A stretch of 64,000 bases of DNA, taken from contig CP143273.1 of assembly GCA_051013385.1 (NCBI GenBank), positions 288,001-352,000 of the forward strand, read 5' to 3'. Under the pieces are notes generated by a model. The model made no database searches. It was given only the letters and a program-made list of their open reading frames with translations, and was not told the DNA's origin. Both the position numbers and the translations under genes were made by a program. Positions 1 to 10,912 of this stretch are shown here, piece after piece (position 1 is the stretch's first letter; the number at the start of each line of letters is the position of its first letter). Source of the DNA: Phormidium sp. (GTDB taxonomy: Bacteria; Cyanobacteriota; Cyanobacteriia; Cyanobacteriales; Aerosakkonemataceae).

Positions 1-29
1 TTTAAGAGTAATTAGGGAGAGCAGGTAAA

Positions 30-101
30 GTTATGAGTTTTAAATTGTGAGTTTTGAGTTGAATTCATAACTTAAAACTCAACACTCATAACTCATAACT
101 T
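30..101. repeat. Short imperfect 7-nt tandem repeats in inverted arrangement (STRR-like hairpin)
   Basis: (T/G)GAGTT units followed by complementary AACTCA(T/A) units, just downstream of the dnaN-like gene. Confidence 0.55.
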
Positions 102-124
102 TCTTTTGCTTCTCCCTTTTTCAT

Positions 125-1558
125 CTACTCTTGGGGTGCTATTGCATATTCGGATTCGATAGCAGCTTCTCCCGAAATTGGCGTACCAAAAGGTACAATC
201 AATACTGGTGCCAGGGGTGAAGCTAACAGCATTCGTAAATCTGACGTTGTAACTGCTTTCACCGTATCGATTAAATAACGAATATCTAACTTTACTCGCA
301 ACTTATCACCATCAATTTTTGCAGCAATTATTTCCTGACCAGAACTAACTGCATTAGTAATTGATGCTCGAATTTGTTGTTGTTCAGAATCAAATTCTAA
401 CCCTACTGTAACGTGGGATTTATCGCTGTGAGTTGCTAATCTTTCTAATGCCCTAACTAAGGCTAATCGCTCCACTATTATTTGATACTTCAACTCACTT
501 CTGTAAGGGTCAACAATTTGGTTACATGGTGGGTAATTTCCTTCTAACAACTGAGTTGTCATTTGCCAATTTTGACAACGAAAAGCTACATACTTTGCTA
601 CCTGTTCTACAGAACCATCATAGTAAATAGAAACCCGCTCTGTCGGGTTTAAATTGCGTTCTAATAGCTTCAATACTTTGGCAGTTACAGTAAATTCTAC
701 TGCTTCTTCGAGCCAATGATTAGCTTCGTTGTTGCTCTCACTTAATCCTAAAATCATGGCAATTCGATGTCCGTCTGTCGTCCAAATTCTTAGGCGATTA
801 ATTCCACGTTCTGCATCATAACTAAGTTTAAAGTTAACACCTGTTATAATTCTTTTCGCTTCATTCAAACTGACAGCAAACAAGCTACCTTTAAGTACCC
901 CTATTAGCGTGCTAGCTGGGATAGAAAATAACTTTTGGTTTACTGGAGGAATTGTGGGAAATTCCCTAGCGATTAATCCTCGAATAACGTGCCGACTTCT
1001 TGGCATTGATAAGGTAGCAGTTATGGATGGTGGTGTGTTTGCAGCTTTGTTACCTTTGGGTATAGTAACTTCACTGTTTATTGTCAGCCGACCTTGAGGA
1101 AATTTTCCTAATATATCAGCTAATATGGTAACAGGTAATGTCAGAGAACCTGGTTGATTAATTGTGGCATCAAAGCTAACTTGCATTCCAAATTCTAGGT
1201 TGTATGCAGTCAATTGTAATTGTTGGGAATTCGGCTCGGCTTCAATCAGAATGTTGCACAATATCGGATGGTTATTATTGTTAGGAACGATCGCTTTTAG
1301 TACCTGTACGTAATCATTGAATTCTCTAGAATTGCAAATCGCTTCTACTGGTGTTGGTGGAGGGAATATTTCAGAGGTTTGTTCGGTTTGGGATGAAATA
1401 ATTTCTAACGGTTCAGTTGGTTTAGTTTGGCTAGTGGAGGTAGTTTTTGAACTTTTTTGTCGTTTTTTAGCACTATCTACATTTGACCGTTCTGGGGACG
1501 TTACACTAGAGTCAACTGTTTTGGCTCTAACTGATTTTTTCAGTCCAATTCTTGTCAT
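125..1558 (-). CDS. dnaN: DNA polymerase III beta clamp, accessory copy with N-terminal low-complexity extension
   Basis: Motifs HPILCNILIEA, TTDGHRIA and LLEGNYP; ~70-aa S/T/K-rich extension; no dnaA/recF context. Confidence 0.85.
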   Translation of the reverse strand: MTRIGLKKSVRAKTVDSSVTSPERSNVDSAKKRQKSSKTTSTSQTKPTEPLEIISSQTEQTSEIFPPPTPVEAICNSREFNDYVQVLKAIVPNNNNHPILCNILIEAEPNSQQLQLTAYNLEFGMQVSFDATINQPGSLTLPVTILADILGKFPQGRLTINSEVTIPKGNKAANTPPSITATLSMPRSRHVIRGLIAREFPTIPPVNQKLFSIPASTLIGVLKGSLFAVSLNEAKRIITGVNFKLSYDAERGINRLRIWTTDGHRIAMILGLSESNNEANHWLEEAVEFTVTAKVLKLLERNLNPTERVSIYYDGSVEQVAKYVAFRCQNWQMTTQLLEGNYPPCNQIVDPYRSELKYQIIVERLALVRALERLATHSDKSHVTVGLEFDSEQQQIRASITNAVSSGQEIIAAKIDGDKLRVKLDIRYLIDTVKAVTTSDLRMLLASPLAPVLIVPFGTPISGEAAIESEYAIAPQE

Positions 1559-1668
1559 AATTCTCGCAATTTAATGGTTCGGTTTATCGCTGCGATAGCA
1601 GTGGTTATTATGAGGAAATGTGGAATAGAGAGTAGCGAATCAAAGTTACCTACTCCCTACTTCCTTAA

Positions 1669-2434
1669 TTAAAAAAGTGTCATTTGTCGTGGTAGTAATC
1701 GCTCAATTCGGTGAGGTTGATGAGCGACAAACAATAGTCTTTTTTTACATCTGGAGCCAGACACATACCACAAACGATGATACTCCTTTAATTTCTGTTT
1801 TCTGCTCTCATCATTTCCTACCAATAAGCGAGTGAAAAGGTCATCCCCATCTATTCCTACTTCATCAAAAGTACTTCCTTGTGAATTATGTACCGTCAGA
1901 GCAAAACAATTATCGACTTCGGCAAACAAATCATCTTTGAACCAATAATATTTGCGCCACAAGAAACCATTTCGTTTGGCACTTTTTAGCTTTTGTTCTA
2001 GTTCTGCTTCGTAGCGGTTGGATTAGGATTCATGCCGCACAAAAATCTGCCGCATTATTCCCTCATCGGTAACAATTTTTAGCAGCCATACTCGGTAGCC
2101 ATAATGTTGATTACCCTAAAAGTTGATGGATTGTCAAAAAGTCTACTCCGATAATTTGGTGCTGTGCAGCCATCTTTTTCAGGATATTAACTGCTTTGTT
2201 TGTGGGCGCACTCAAAGCAATTCTTTTGCCTTGTTGTAGCAGTTCTTTGATGAATTGAATGATGATTGTCGATTTTCCGGTTCCGGCATATCCACATAAC
2301 AGAAATATTGTGTTTGGGCTAATCAAAAATTCTTTTACTTGTTGGATAGCTTTTGATTGTTGTGGGGTAAAAGTAAACTGGTGTGATTCGCTTGTTTGGG
2401 TTAGGTTGAGTAAATTTTGGCTCATTGATTTCAC
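1669..2434 (-). pseudogene. Dda/RecD-like SF1B helicase with internal deletion and in-frame stop
   Basis: Walker A GYAGTGKST and SAPTNKA in 2111-2434; C-terminal TVHNSQGSTFDEV in 1669-1962; linker reads IFVRHES*SNRYEAEL; central motifs absent. Confidence 0.8.
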
Positions 2435-2520
2435 TCAATTACTATTTCTTCAACCTTTGATTTAAGCGCTAGCTTACTTTAGTTGGCTCTCTTGAGAAAA
2501 GATAGCGGATTACTCATATC

Positions 2521-2817
2521 ATTAGTTAGCACTTCTGCCATATTTCGCAGTCGCAAAGTTGCTAACTCAAATGGACGCTGAAAACCTTTACCACCTGCCA
2601 ATTTGAAGAATGAGCCTTTAATTGGCGGCAGGGGGGCAGCCCGTACAATTTCTTCATCGTCAATTAACTGAGGTGCTTTTGCGTCGCCTTTATATCCGCG
2701 AAACACTTCTGCCAAAGTCCCTGGACTACCAATTCCAGCACACATTAGCATTAGGTTGAGCCAAGCATTTGCACCAGGCGATAAACCAGGTAGTTTGAGG
2801 GATAAACCTGAATATAG
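2521..2817 (-). pseudogene. Internal fragment of AhpC/TSA-type peroxiredoxin-like protein
   Basis: GIGSPGTLAEVFRGY...FQRPFELATLRLRNM resembles the cyanobacterial peroxiredoxin-like family; both ends missing. Confidence 0.6.
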
Positions 2818-3011
2818 ATAATTACCTGTCATATCTATACTTACTTCTTCTATTTGCGCCAAAACTTTTTCTCCCCATTGCTGCATAACTTTCTCGATTT
2901 CTACCTGTTTTCTTGCTGGCACTAATCCAATTAACTTATGGGTTTCTAAGTCTACTAAGACTACGATAAACTTGCCTTGCCCTTTGACTAAACTAATTTC
3001 ATCTATTCCTA
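2818..3011 (-). mobile_element. ISL3-family transposase internal fragment
   Basis: GIDEISLVKGQGKFIVVLVDL...VSIDMTGNY, the DDE-domain start typical of ISL3. Confidence 0.8.
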
Positions 3012-3907
3012 TAGATAATTGGGTTAACGCTGCGGTTAATTTCCTCGTTGACAACTTTCGTCCGATCTTCCAAGCGATTCGCGTCCCGATTAAATTCACG
3101 CTTGACGCTATAGAAGCGATGTTCCAATCCATTCCTCCCCTAATTTTCCTGATGATTATCGGGTTGATGGCATGGCAAGTGGCAGGGAGAAAAATTGCGA
3201 TTTATAGCATCGCTGCCTTGACTTTAATTGGTTTTGTTGGGGCATGGAAGGAGGCAATGGTGACACTTTCTTTGGTGGTGACTGCGGTAGCATTTTGCGT
3301 GGCGATCGGTATTCCCATCGGTATTGCCTGTGCCAGGAGCGATCGCGCTTCGGGATTTGTCCGACCCCTCCTCGATATCATGCAAACCATCCCCATCTTC
3401 GTCTATCTGGTTCCTGTTGTCATGCTATTTGGCATTGGTAAAGTTCCTGGGGTGATGGCAACTATCGTCTTTGCACTGCCGCCTCTGATTCGCCTCACGA
3501 ACCTTGGTATCCGGCAAGTCTCTGAAGAGGTGGTGGAAGCGGCGATCGCTTTTGGGTCAACTCCTTCGCAAGTCCTGTGGGAAGCCCAAATTCCCCTAGC
3601 TATGCCGACGATTCTCACGGGGTTGAACCAAACTATTCTGTTTGCATTGGGAATGTCGGTGGTAACATCAATGATTGCTGTGCCTGGGCTAGGATTGATG
3701 GTGTTGCAGGGCGTTGGTCGTCTGGATGTGGGACTGGCTGCTGTGGGAGGATTGTGCATTGTCTTGCTGGCGATTATGCTCGATCGGATTACTCAGGCTT
3801 TCGGGAAAGTCAACGGTAGAGGTTCTTGGCGGCAACAAGGACCGATCGGTTTTCTGCTTTCCAGATTAAGAGTTAAAAGGCGCGATCGCTCTCAACAAAC
3901 AGGATGA
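2972..3907 (+). CDS. proW: Glycine betaine/proline ABC permease, native 5' end lost
   Basis: IPIDNWV..NFRPIFQ N-terminal segment and EAA loop (VEAAIAFGST); sequence upstream of ~3005 is ISL3; no proV in window. Confidence 0.85.
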   Translation: MPCPLTKLISSIPIDNWVNAAVNFLVDNFRPIFQAIRVPIKFTLDAIEAMFQSIPPLIFLMIIGLMAWQVAGRKIAIYSIAALTLIGFVGAWKEAMVTLSLVVTAVAFCVAIGIPIGIACARSDRASGFVRPLLDIMQTIPIFVYLVPVVMLFGIGKVPGVMATIVFALPPLIRLTNLGIRQVSEEVVEAAIAFGSTPSQVLWEAQIPLAMPTILTGLNQTILFALGMSVVTSMIAVPGLGLMVLQGVGRLDVGLAAVGGLCIVLLAIMLDRITQAFGKVNGRGSWRQQGPIGFLLSRLRVKRRDRSQQTG

Positions 3908-5055
3908 AAAACTTTCTTCCCCCACACCCCACACCCGATTTTCAATATAGATATCAATCAAAGCTGACTAACCCAATGATAAGGAAACAACACAGAAAAA
4001 AACAAACTTTTGCAATAGCAGTAGCCTTGCTTGTAGGTTTAATTGCCTGCCAATCAACTCCCGAAAGCGCTACAAAATCTTCAGGCAGCACTCAATCAAC
4101 AGAAATAGGATTACCTGGTAAAGGGGTGAAAGTACGCCCTGGCTCTGGTACTTCAGTAGCCGGACAATTTGTTTCAGAAATCATTCGTATTGGGTTAGAA
4201 AAGCTGGGTTACGAAGTCGAAGAACTAAAGGTACTTAATATAACCGCCCTGTTTCTTGCTCTCGGTAATGACGAAATAGATGTTGCTCCCACTTTAGAAA
4301 GGTTGCATACCAACTTCTTTGAAAAAGCTGGTGGTGAAAAGAAACTGGCAGTTGTTGGGATGTTTTCTTCTAGTGATATTATTCAAGGCTATTCGATTGA
4401 TAAGAAGACTGCCGAGCAATATAAAATTACGAACCTTGTGCAACTTAAAGACCCAAAAATTGCCAAATTGTTTGACTCAGACGGAGATGGTAAGGCAAAT
4501 TTAACGGGTTGCAATCCCGGTTTAGCCTGTGAGCTGATTATTGATCATCACTTGAAAGTTTACGGATTAGAGAACACCGTCAAACAGGATAAAGGAGAAT
4601 TGGAAGTTCTCAAGGCAGATATTATTGCTCGCTATCAGCAAGGAAAACCGATACTCTATAGCAATTGGAATCTTGATTGGTTGACTTCAGTGTTACAAAC
4701 TGGTGCAGATGTAGTTTGGTTAGAAGTTCCCTTTACCTCTTTACCAGGAGAAAAGGGAAAAGAAATGACACAAAAAGATACCACGGTAAGCGGGAAGAAT
4801 CTTGGATTTGCCGTGGATAGAGCGCGTCTTGTGGCTTCCCGGCAATTTTTGTCAGCTAACCCATCCGCCAAACGTTGGTTTGAACTGGTTCGGGTTCCTT
4901 TTGAGGATATTATCACCCAAGAAAAACTTGCCCGTGAGGGTCAAAATCGCTCAAAAGATATCCGTCGTAATGCTGAAGAGTGGATGAAAAACCATCAAGC
5001 GCTGGTTGATGGTTGGCTAGAAGAAGCCCAAACTGCTGGAAAAGCTGCTAAATAA
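3904..5055 (+). CDS. proX: Glycine betaine/proline ABC substrate-binding lipoprotein (likely start 3976)
   Basis: Lipobox LIAC; motifs QGYSIDKKTA and LFDSDGDGKANLTGCNPG. Confidence 0.88.
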   Translation: MKNFLPPHPTPDFQYRYQSKLTNPMIRKQHRKKQTFAIAVALLVGLIACQSTPESATKSSGSTQSTEIGLPGKGVKVRPGSGTSVAGQFVSEIIRIGLEKLGYEVEELKVLNITALFLALGNDEIDVAPTLERLHTNFFEKAGGEKKLAVVGMFSSSDIIQGYSIDKKTAEQYKITNLVQLKDPKIAKLFDSDGDGKANLTGCNPGLACELIIDHHLKVYGLENTVKQDKGELEVLKADIIARYQQGKPILYSNWNLDWLTSVLQTGADVVWLEVPFTSLPGEKGKEMTQKDTTVSGKNLGFAVDRARLVASRQFLSANPSAKRWFELVRVPFEDIITQEKLAREGQNRSKDIRRNAEEWMKNHQALVDGWLEEAQTAGKAAK

Positions 5056-5094
5056 TTTTAACTCCTCTGATGGACAGAAAGAGGAATTGGTCTA

Positions 5095-5115
5095 ACGGGG
5101 CGCTTGTCGCCCCGT
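5095..5115. terminator. GC hairpin between convergent proX and monooxygenase genes
   Basis: ACGGGGCG-cttgt-CGCCCCGT. Confidence 0.45.
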
Positions 5116-5246
5116 AACTGTTGCAGAGTATAAATTCGATCAAATTATAGTACAAAAAGATAGGTCAATCATTGTCAATAAGACCTATCTACTAAAAAGG
5201 CTCAAAGTCCCGATAATGGCTGGCAAACGCTCCTAGTAGGACACCC

Positions 5247-6356
5247 CTAAATTTCAGCAGAAAATTCAAGCTGCTCCATCACACGCACGCGAGGTACGAC
5301 GTTTTTACAAAAATTTTGCATCTCAGCAAGCATTGGCCAACCTGACAAAATAAATTCGCTAACACCTGCCGATTTATAAAGCATGAGTTCGTTTGCTACT
5401 TCATCAAAACTTCCTACCAGCGCCAATGCTGCTCCTCCACGATAAGGCACGGCCCCACTCCACAGATTCGGGCCGAGCCACTCTGAGTTGGCTTTTTCTG
5501 CTAATTCATAAGTAGACTTATAAGCAACTGAATCTGACTTCTGAATCATCTTGCTCATAAACTCCTTCCACTTGACATCTGAACTTTCTACAAGCCGAAA
5601 TGCTGCTTCAATAGCCTCTTCACGTGTTTGACGTGCAATGACTGACATCCGAAGTCCTGTGCGAATCATCGCTACACCGTTGCTCTGAGCGATCAAATTG
5701 TTACTTTCAGCAATTTTTTCTGGCGTATCACCGTACCTCAGCCAACATTGTGCATGTTCAGATGCCGTATGATTGGCAATCTTGGAATTACCACTTAGGT
5801 ATATTTTGGGCTGACGAACTCCCAAATTAAGCGAGGTAAACTTGGTGCTTAGCTGAGCGTCTTTTAGTTGGTAATACTTTCCTGCATAGTTCAATGAGCT
5901 TGTCGCATTCCAAAGACCTGAGCAAATTTCGAGATACTCGGCTGCTCGCTCGAATCGCTCATCATGCGAAAGAAAGTCCCCATAATACGCTTGCTCAACA
6001 GGATAAGCTCCACATATCATGTTGAGGCTGACCCGGCCATTTAAAAGATGCGAGAGCGTATTAACTTGCTGAACAAAAAGTGTTGGCGACATCAGACCCG
6101 GACGATAAGCCAGCATGAATCCTACTCGCTCGGTATGCGCTGATAGCCTTCCTAAAAGTACCATCGGATCAGGTATGTGAAAACTAAAGGCTGTTAATAA
6201 AGACTCGATTGGGAGTTTGTCAGCGCAACTGACAAACTCCAGATGAGTCTCAAGATTAATTCCGCCCGAACTATTTGCCTGAGATTCATTTTTCTTGGCT
6301 AGTTCAAGGGATAATAACCAATGAAATTCTAATTGATTCGACATATTTGATAGCAC
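5247..6356 (-). CDS. Luciferase-like (LLM) flavin-dependent monooxygenase, SsuD-like (likely ATG 6344)
   Basis: AYRPGLMSPT, GRVSLN, YYGDFLSHDERF, ALVGS and FILSGWP segments. Confidence 0.85.
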   Translation of the reverse strand: MLSNMSNQLEFHWLLSLELAKKNESQANSSGGINLETHLEFVSCADKLPIESLLTAFSFHIPDPMVLLGRLSAHTERVGFMLAYRPGLMSPTLFVQQVNTLSHLLNGRVSLNMICGAYPVEQAYYGDFLSHDERFERAAEYLEICSGLWNATSSLNYAGKYYQLKDAQLSTKFTSLNLGVRQPKIYLSGNSKIANHTASEHAQCWLRYGDTPEKIAESNNLIAQSNGVAMIRTGLRMSVIARQTREEAIEAAFRLVESSDVKWKEFMSKMIQKSDSVAYKSTYELAEKANSEWLGPNLWSGAVPYRGGAALALVGSFDEVANELMLYKSAGVSEFILSGWPMLAEMQNFCKNVVPRVRVMEQLEFSAEI

Positions 6357-6433
6357 CTTCAGTAATTAGTTTCACAGGATTTATATAGGTCTAAGAGGAT
6401 GTTTGGAAAGTCAAATATTCTTTTGCTCAACTC

Positions 6434-7408
6434 TCATAGGGATTTATCGCTCACGTTTTGAGTCTGCCATTCATACACCCAATACTCCAGTTCTTCAGCT
6501 CGCTGGTATCCTGCGATATCCAGGGACTCAAATATCTGATCGCCAACCGGAAAAAATCCACCAACTGCTATATAACCCTCGCGATAAGCTAACAGGCGCA
6601 ACTCATGTAGGAGAGTTGTCAACCCTTCAGCTACACCATTAACGTAACCAAGCCACAAAGTTTGATGAGCGCCTTTCCACAATGCTTCATTAACTCCTTC
6701 AAGGTAATCAATGGTATGGACAGGCATCTGAATAGCTAAAGCGAATATTTCATTGCCCTGCTTTAGTCCCCACACTCGTCCTTCGTTGAGGTGATTATTC
6801 AGTTGCTCGCAAGTTAGTTCTTGCCACTTAGTGGGGTCATTAAGGTAAAGATACGACTCTCGTGTAAACAAGTTACAACTTGTGACTAATGCCCAAGCCT
6901 CATCAAAATCATCAATATCTAGATGTAACAGTTGTTTTACAGGAGAGTTTAGAGAGTCAGCTTTATAAGGAAAATAGCGACCGACTTTTTGACGACGTTG
7001 CCACTTACTATACTTGTCTATGAAAACATTACTGGAGCAGGTAGAATAGCGTAAAATATTGATGTTTGTTTCTACAAAGAATCGCTCTATATGCTGCTCC
7101 AAAGTCAATAGCAGATGCAAACCTAGACCCTGCTGTCGATAATGAGGAGCTACTCGCAGACCTTGATACCAAGCTTCTCGCTCAGACATCAAGACGAATC
7201 CTAAAATGCCTATCGGTAAACTATCTATTTCAACTACAAAGACCCGACTGTTGGGGTCAGCTAACCACTTGTTCCAACCCAAGGGGAGAAAGTCTGATGA
7301 GTGTTGCCATGTCTGTTGGCAAATAGCCAGCACCGCCTCTTTGTCTTCAGCTCGTGCTAGGCGCACTTTTAGGTCAGTAATTATTTCTGTCCTAGCTTTC
7401 AATTCCAT
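6434..7408 (-). CDS. GNAT-family N-acyltransferase with C-terminal extra domain
   Basis: Acyl-CoA loop GLRVAPHYRQQGLG; overlaps the upstream PLP gene. Confidence 0.8.
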   Translation of the reverse strand: MELKARTEIITDLKVRLARAEDKEAVLAICQQTWQHSSDFLPLGWNKWLADPNSRVFVVEIDSLPIGILGFVLMSEREAWYQGLRVAPHYRQQGLGLHLLLTLEQHIERFFVETNINILRYSTCSSNVFIDKYSKWQRRQKVGRYFPYKADSLNSPVKQLLHLDIDDFDEAWALVTSCNLFTRESYLYLNDPTKWQELTCEQLNNHLNEGRVWGLKQGNEIFALAIQMPVHTIDYLEGVNEALWKGAHQTLWLGYVNGVAEGLTTLLHELRLLAYREGYIAVGGFFPVGDQIFESLDIAGYQRAEELEYWVYEWQTQNVSDKSL

Positions 7409-8568
7409 TTTTGCAATCCTTTCTTTAGTAATTCAATTCCCTCAAGGATAGTTTCAGTTGGATAGCCAAGAGGAATTCTGACGTACCCGTCAGGAGAGGC
7501 TCTAAAAGTTCCAGAAGTTACCAGAACCAGCCCAAATTCAGTCAACATAAAGTCGGCAAATTCTTCAATATCTCGAACGGGAAGTTTGACAAAATACTGA
7601 AGTCCCCCTGCGGGATGCTCAAAGGCAATTTCAATCATCTTCGATAAAGCAGCACCAACAATTTCTCTATTCTTAACTACCCGTTCCACTAAGGATTGAT
7701 TGCCTCGTTTCAGAATTTTTAGCGCTTGTTGTTGAGCGGGAGAGCAGATCCCTAGGCTTTCAATCGTTAACAAAGCTGTTAACGATTGAATGTTATCCGA
7801 ACTAGAAATAATCCAACCAATTCTAAGCCCAGGAGCGGAAAAATTTTTACTCATCGAGTTGACTACATAAAGATTTTTCCAATTCCCTTGCAGGGATAGA
7901 GGCTGGATGAGCTGATTTTCTTCAAAAACAAACTCATCATAAACTAGGTCTGCAATTAAACTAGCTTGACAGCTTTGGGCTAACTGCAAAAGCTTTCTAA
8001 GGCAATCTTCTGAAAAAATTTCTCCTGTGGGATTGTTCGGGGTGTTGACAAATATGACTCGAAGATTGTCTGTGACTTTTTCTTGTAAGCTAGACCAGTC
8101 TATCTGATTGTTTTCTAACGAGAAGTATTCAACCCTATAACGGCAAGTTTGTAATAGTTCTGCAATGCACCAAAATATAGGTGCTTGACACAGTGCTACA
8201 GCACCGGGACGGTAGAGAGAACGAAAGATGAGAGACAATCCATGTAAAGCACCATTGGTTACTAGCGCTTCCGAAGGTTGTACGTTGAGGTAATACTTAG
8301 AAAATTCCCGGTAACAAATGGCTTCGATGAGTTGGGAACTTCCCTGAGTCAATGGGTAATTTCCTACAAATGATAATTCACAGTTAAAATCATCAAACTC
8401 CGTTTCTAACCATTGAGACGTGTTGCCAGTTATATTTATGGGATGTTTAATGAAACGATGAGCGTACTGGAGTCTTTGTACGACCAGAGAGGTAGGGGAA
8501 TTTAAATCAACAACTCTATTTAAAAACCTAAACAATGGACGAAACCTTTGGCCAGTAAGCATTAGCAA
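7399..8568 (-). CDS. Fold-type I PLP-dependent enzyme (class I/II aminotransferase-like)
   Basis: NTPNNPTG, ADLVY, NSMSKNFSAPGLRIGW (PLP lysine). Confidence 0.85.
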   Translation of the reverse strand: MLMLTGQRFRPLFRFLNRVVDLNSPTSLVVQRLQYAHRFIKHPINITGNTSQWLETEFDDFNCELSFVGNYPLTQGSSQLIEAICYREFSKYYLNVQPSEALVTNGALHGLSLIFRSLYRPGAVALCQAPIFWCIAELLQTCRYRVEYFSLENNQIDWSSLQEKVTDNLRVIFVNTPNNPTGEIFSEDCLRKLLQLAQSCQASLIADLVYDEFVFEENQLIQPLSLQGNWKNLYVVNSMSKNFSAPGLRIGWIISSSDNIQSLTALLTIESLGICSPAQQQALKILKRGNQSLVERVVKNREIVGAALSKMIEIAFEHPAGGLQYFVKLPVRDIEEFADFMLTEFGLVLVTSGTFRASPDGYVRIPLGYPTETILEGIELLKKGLQKWN

Positions 8569-8589
8569 AAATAAGGTGCGGTTGCCCTA

Positions 8590-9741
8590 TTAATCCTCGT
8601 CAATTGGATTGTCAAATCCGTACTCTTCAAGTTGGCTATCCCGTCGTATATCGCAGGTGACGCAGTGAAATGAGCCGCCAAAACTATAGACATGACGAAA
8701 AGCAACCGGAATGACTTCAAATCCTAAATCTTTGAATAATTTATGCATTGGCTCTTCTTGCTTTTCCACGATTACCCGCTTGGGATCTAATATCAAGATA
8801 TTCATGGACAACCACGGGCCTGAACTATAAAGTGGATAATTATCGGGAATAGTGGGTTGCACGGCTGTCACAACATCCCATCCGGCTTTCTTAAAAATGT
8901 CGATTTGATAACAGGGTCTGTCGGGATTGGTTAAAACTAATCCAGGTCTTAGGGGTACAAATGTAGCATCTATATGGATTGGGTTTGAATCTCGGAACTT
9001 CAGTATATGAACCCGAAAGCGTTCACCCAGATGATTTCTGAGCCAAGTAATGCCTAGTTTATTGGTAACTTGACTGCGCTGAACAAATAAGTCTCGTCCG
9101 CAACGAGTAATATCAGCAGCATCAAAGCAAGGTTCAAACTCAGTTGTTACAAAACGCCCAAGTTCTGCTAGTGCGTACCGATCTTCAACAGTTTCCATAG
9201 GATAGTCAAAGTCATACAATTCATCGCTCATTAAAGGTTTGGGAGCAGTCGTCCATTTAGCACCCTGTTTCAAATATTCCTTCATTAAAGACCGATAAGC
9301 TCGATATTCAAAAAACCTTGATCGCCACGCCATTGGCGCTTCAATAATCTCATTGCCGATAACAGTTAGTATATCTCGCGGCATAACGGCATGCAGACCT
9401 GTGGCTTCAAAATCTGGAGTTTTATAGCTCTCAGAAAAATCAATAATATCCGGTCGCCTTACAGTTACCCCTTCTCCTTCCAAAACCCGGCAAAACTCCT
9501 CCAATTCCTTTGATGCTGGTTCTATCATTTCTTGAGGGTATGGACAACCACCATACTTTTGGAAAAACCACCAGTTTTTAGGATTTGAACTTGCTTTGAG
9601 GGGAACATCGAACTGAGGAACACAGGCTCCCTCAACGCGACCCACAATAATTTCTTGCAGCGTATCCCATTCATTGTAGCTATTAACTATTGGCAGGGTT
9701 TTAGTGGAAGTCAAGCTTTTGGGATGATCGTTTTTCAACAT
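8590..9741 (-). CDS. L-arginine-dependent amidinotransferase (AGAT family)
   Basis: SYNEWD, MPRD, FDAAD (Asp), HIDAT (His), GGSFHC (Cys): full catalytic triad. Confidence 0.95.
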   Translation of the reverse strand: MLKNDHPKSLTSTKTLPIVNSYNEWDTLQEIIVGRVEGACVPQFDVPLKASSNPKNWWFFQKYGGCPYPQEMIEPASKELEEFCRVLEGEGVTVRRPDIIDFSESYKTPDFEATGLHAVMPRDILTVIGNEIIEAPMAWRSRFFEYRAYRSLMKEYLKQGAKWTTAPKPLMSDELYDFDYPMETVEDRYALAELGRFVTTEFEPCFDAADITRCGRDLFVQRSQVTNKLGITWLRNHLGERFRVHILKFRDSNPIHIDATFVPLRPGLVLTNPDRPCYQIDIFKKAGWDVVTAVQPTIPDNYPLYSSGPWLSMNILILDPKRVIVEKQEEPMHKLFKDLGFEVIPVAFRHVYSFGGSFHCVTCDIRRDSQLEEYGFDNPIDED

Positions 9742-9832
9742 TATATTGTCCTCGTAATAAAATACCTTTGCAAAAACTGGGCTTAAAAATGCTCATGTCT
9801 TACGGAAGCATGAATATTTTCTATTTCTCAAA

Positions 9833-10906
9833 TTAGAGGTTTTTCTTAACATCTAACATGGCAGTTTTCTTGCCCCTATCTAACTGATTTACTTGCGGAA
9901 TTTCTAGCGTTTTTGCTAACGGTATAACTTGCCTAAATAAACTAACCCAACCCTTTTCTTTATTTCGAGAGGCGTAAACTTTATCTTTCAGCAAAATCTG
10001 TTGCGCTTGCTTGTACTGCCACGAAGGAATACCAGGAAAAAGATGATGCAATAAGTGATAACCTTCCCAATGAATTCCTAAGAAAAAATTCGCCACGGGA
10101 GAACAAAGCCGATTTCGGGACATAAACAAATCAACCAATTTTAGATTTTCCATCCTGCCTTCAGTTTCCTCCGGAGTTACTTCCATTAACGGGTAATGCT
10201 CGAACAATTCAATAAACCCTCCAATCCAATTAGCCGTTGTTAGCAGAGGAACCCACCAATACAGCAGTAACAACCACCCCCAACCCAGCCCGATAAATAT
10301 TGAATTCAAAACCATCACATAGAGTAGGCGCACCAGTTTCTCTCGAAACTCCTCCTGCGGATTCAAAATTCTGTTTTTGAGCAAATAGCGTAGGTAAGTC
10401 AGAGTCGTTGTCGGGTGAACAATGTTCCATAAATAACGGCGCACGCTGTTAGCTTCTAGATTTGCTCCGTACAACCCACTTTCCTGTAACCCAACGTAAT
10501 CTGGGTCTAGCTTGGAGTCCCCCAAATGACCGTGATGCAGGAAAACGTGGGAGGAGCGATAACCTGAATAACTTTGCAGCACCAGATAACCAGAAGGAAA
10601 CGTCCCCAAAACAAAATTTAGAACTTTATTCTTCGCCAAGGTTTTGTGGGTTGACTGGTGGAGTAAATCTGCTAAAGCACGCATCCTGGCACCAATGATC
10701 AAAATCGCAACGAAGTAAACCATTTCGCCTACGACTCGTGGCAAGTGCTGCCACGTTAACCAAGAAGCAAGCGTTGCAAGAGCAATAATCGCCCAATCTT
10801 CAGCGAGTTGCACGAACCCGTGCCAATTATCAAGCTCAAAGCAACAACTTAACTCTCTGAAGATTGCGGTGTCGAAGCGATAACGCTTAATTTTTATCAT
10901 TAGCAA
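9833..10906 (-). CDS. Membrane desaturase-superfamily enzyme, GntB-like (putative guanidino-amino-acid hydroxylase)
   Basis: Three His boxes HQSTH, HVFLHH and HLLHH; LDNWH..LAED and GTFPSGYL segments recalled from the GntB family. Confidence 0.75.
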   Translation of the reverse strand: MLMIKIKRYRFDTAIFRELSCCFELDNWHGFVQLAEDWAIIALATLASWLTWQHLPRVVGEMVYFVAILIIGARMRALADLLHQSTHKTLAKNKVLNFVLGTFPSGYLVLQSYSGYRSSHVFLHHGHLGDSKLDPDYVGLQESGLYGANLEANSVRRYLWNIVHPTTTLTYLRYLLKNRILNPQEEFREKLVRLLYVMVLNSIFIGLGWGWLLLLYWWVPLLTTANWIGGFIELFEHYPLMEVTPEETEGRMENLKLVDLFMSRNRLCSPVANFFLGIHWEGYHLLHHLFPGIPSWQYKQAQQILLKDKVYASRNKEKGWVSLFRQVIPLAKTLEIPQVNQLDRGKKTAMLDVKKNL

Positions 10907-10912
10907 CAGTTC

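Noticed and set aside
125..1558. Chromosomal dnaA-dnaN origin locus
   Set aside because: No dnaA upstream; divergent extended protein next to a phage/plasmid-type helicase
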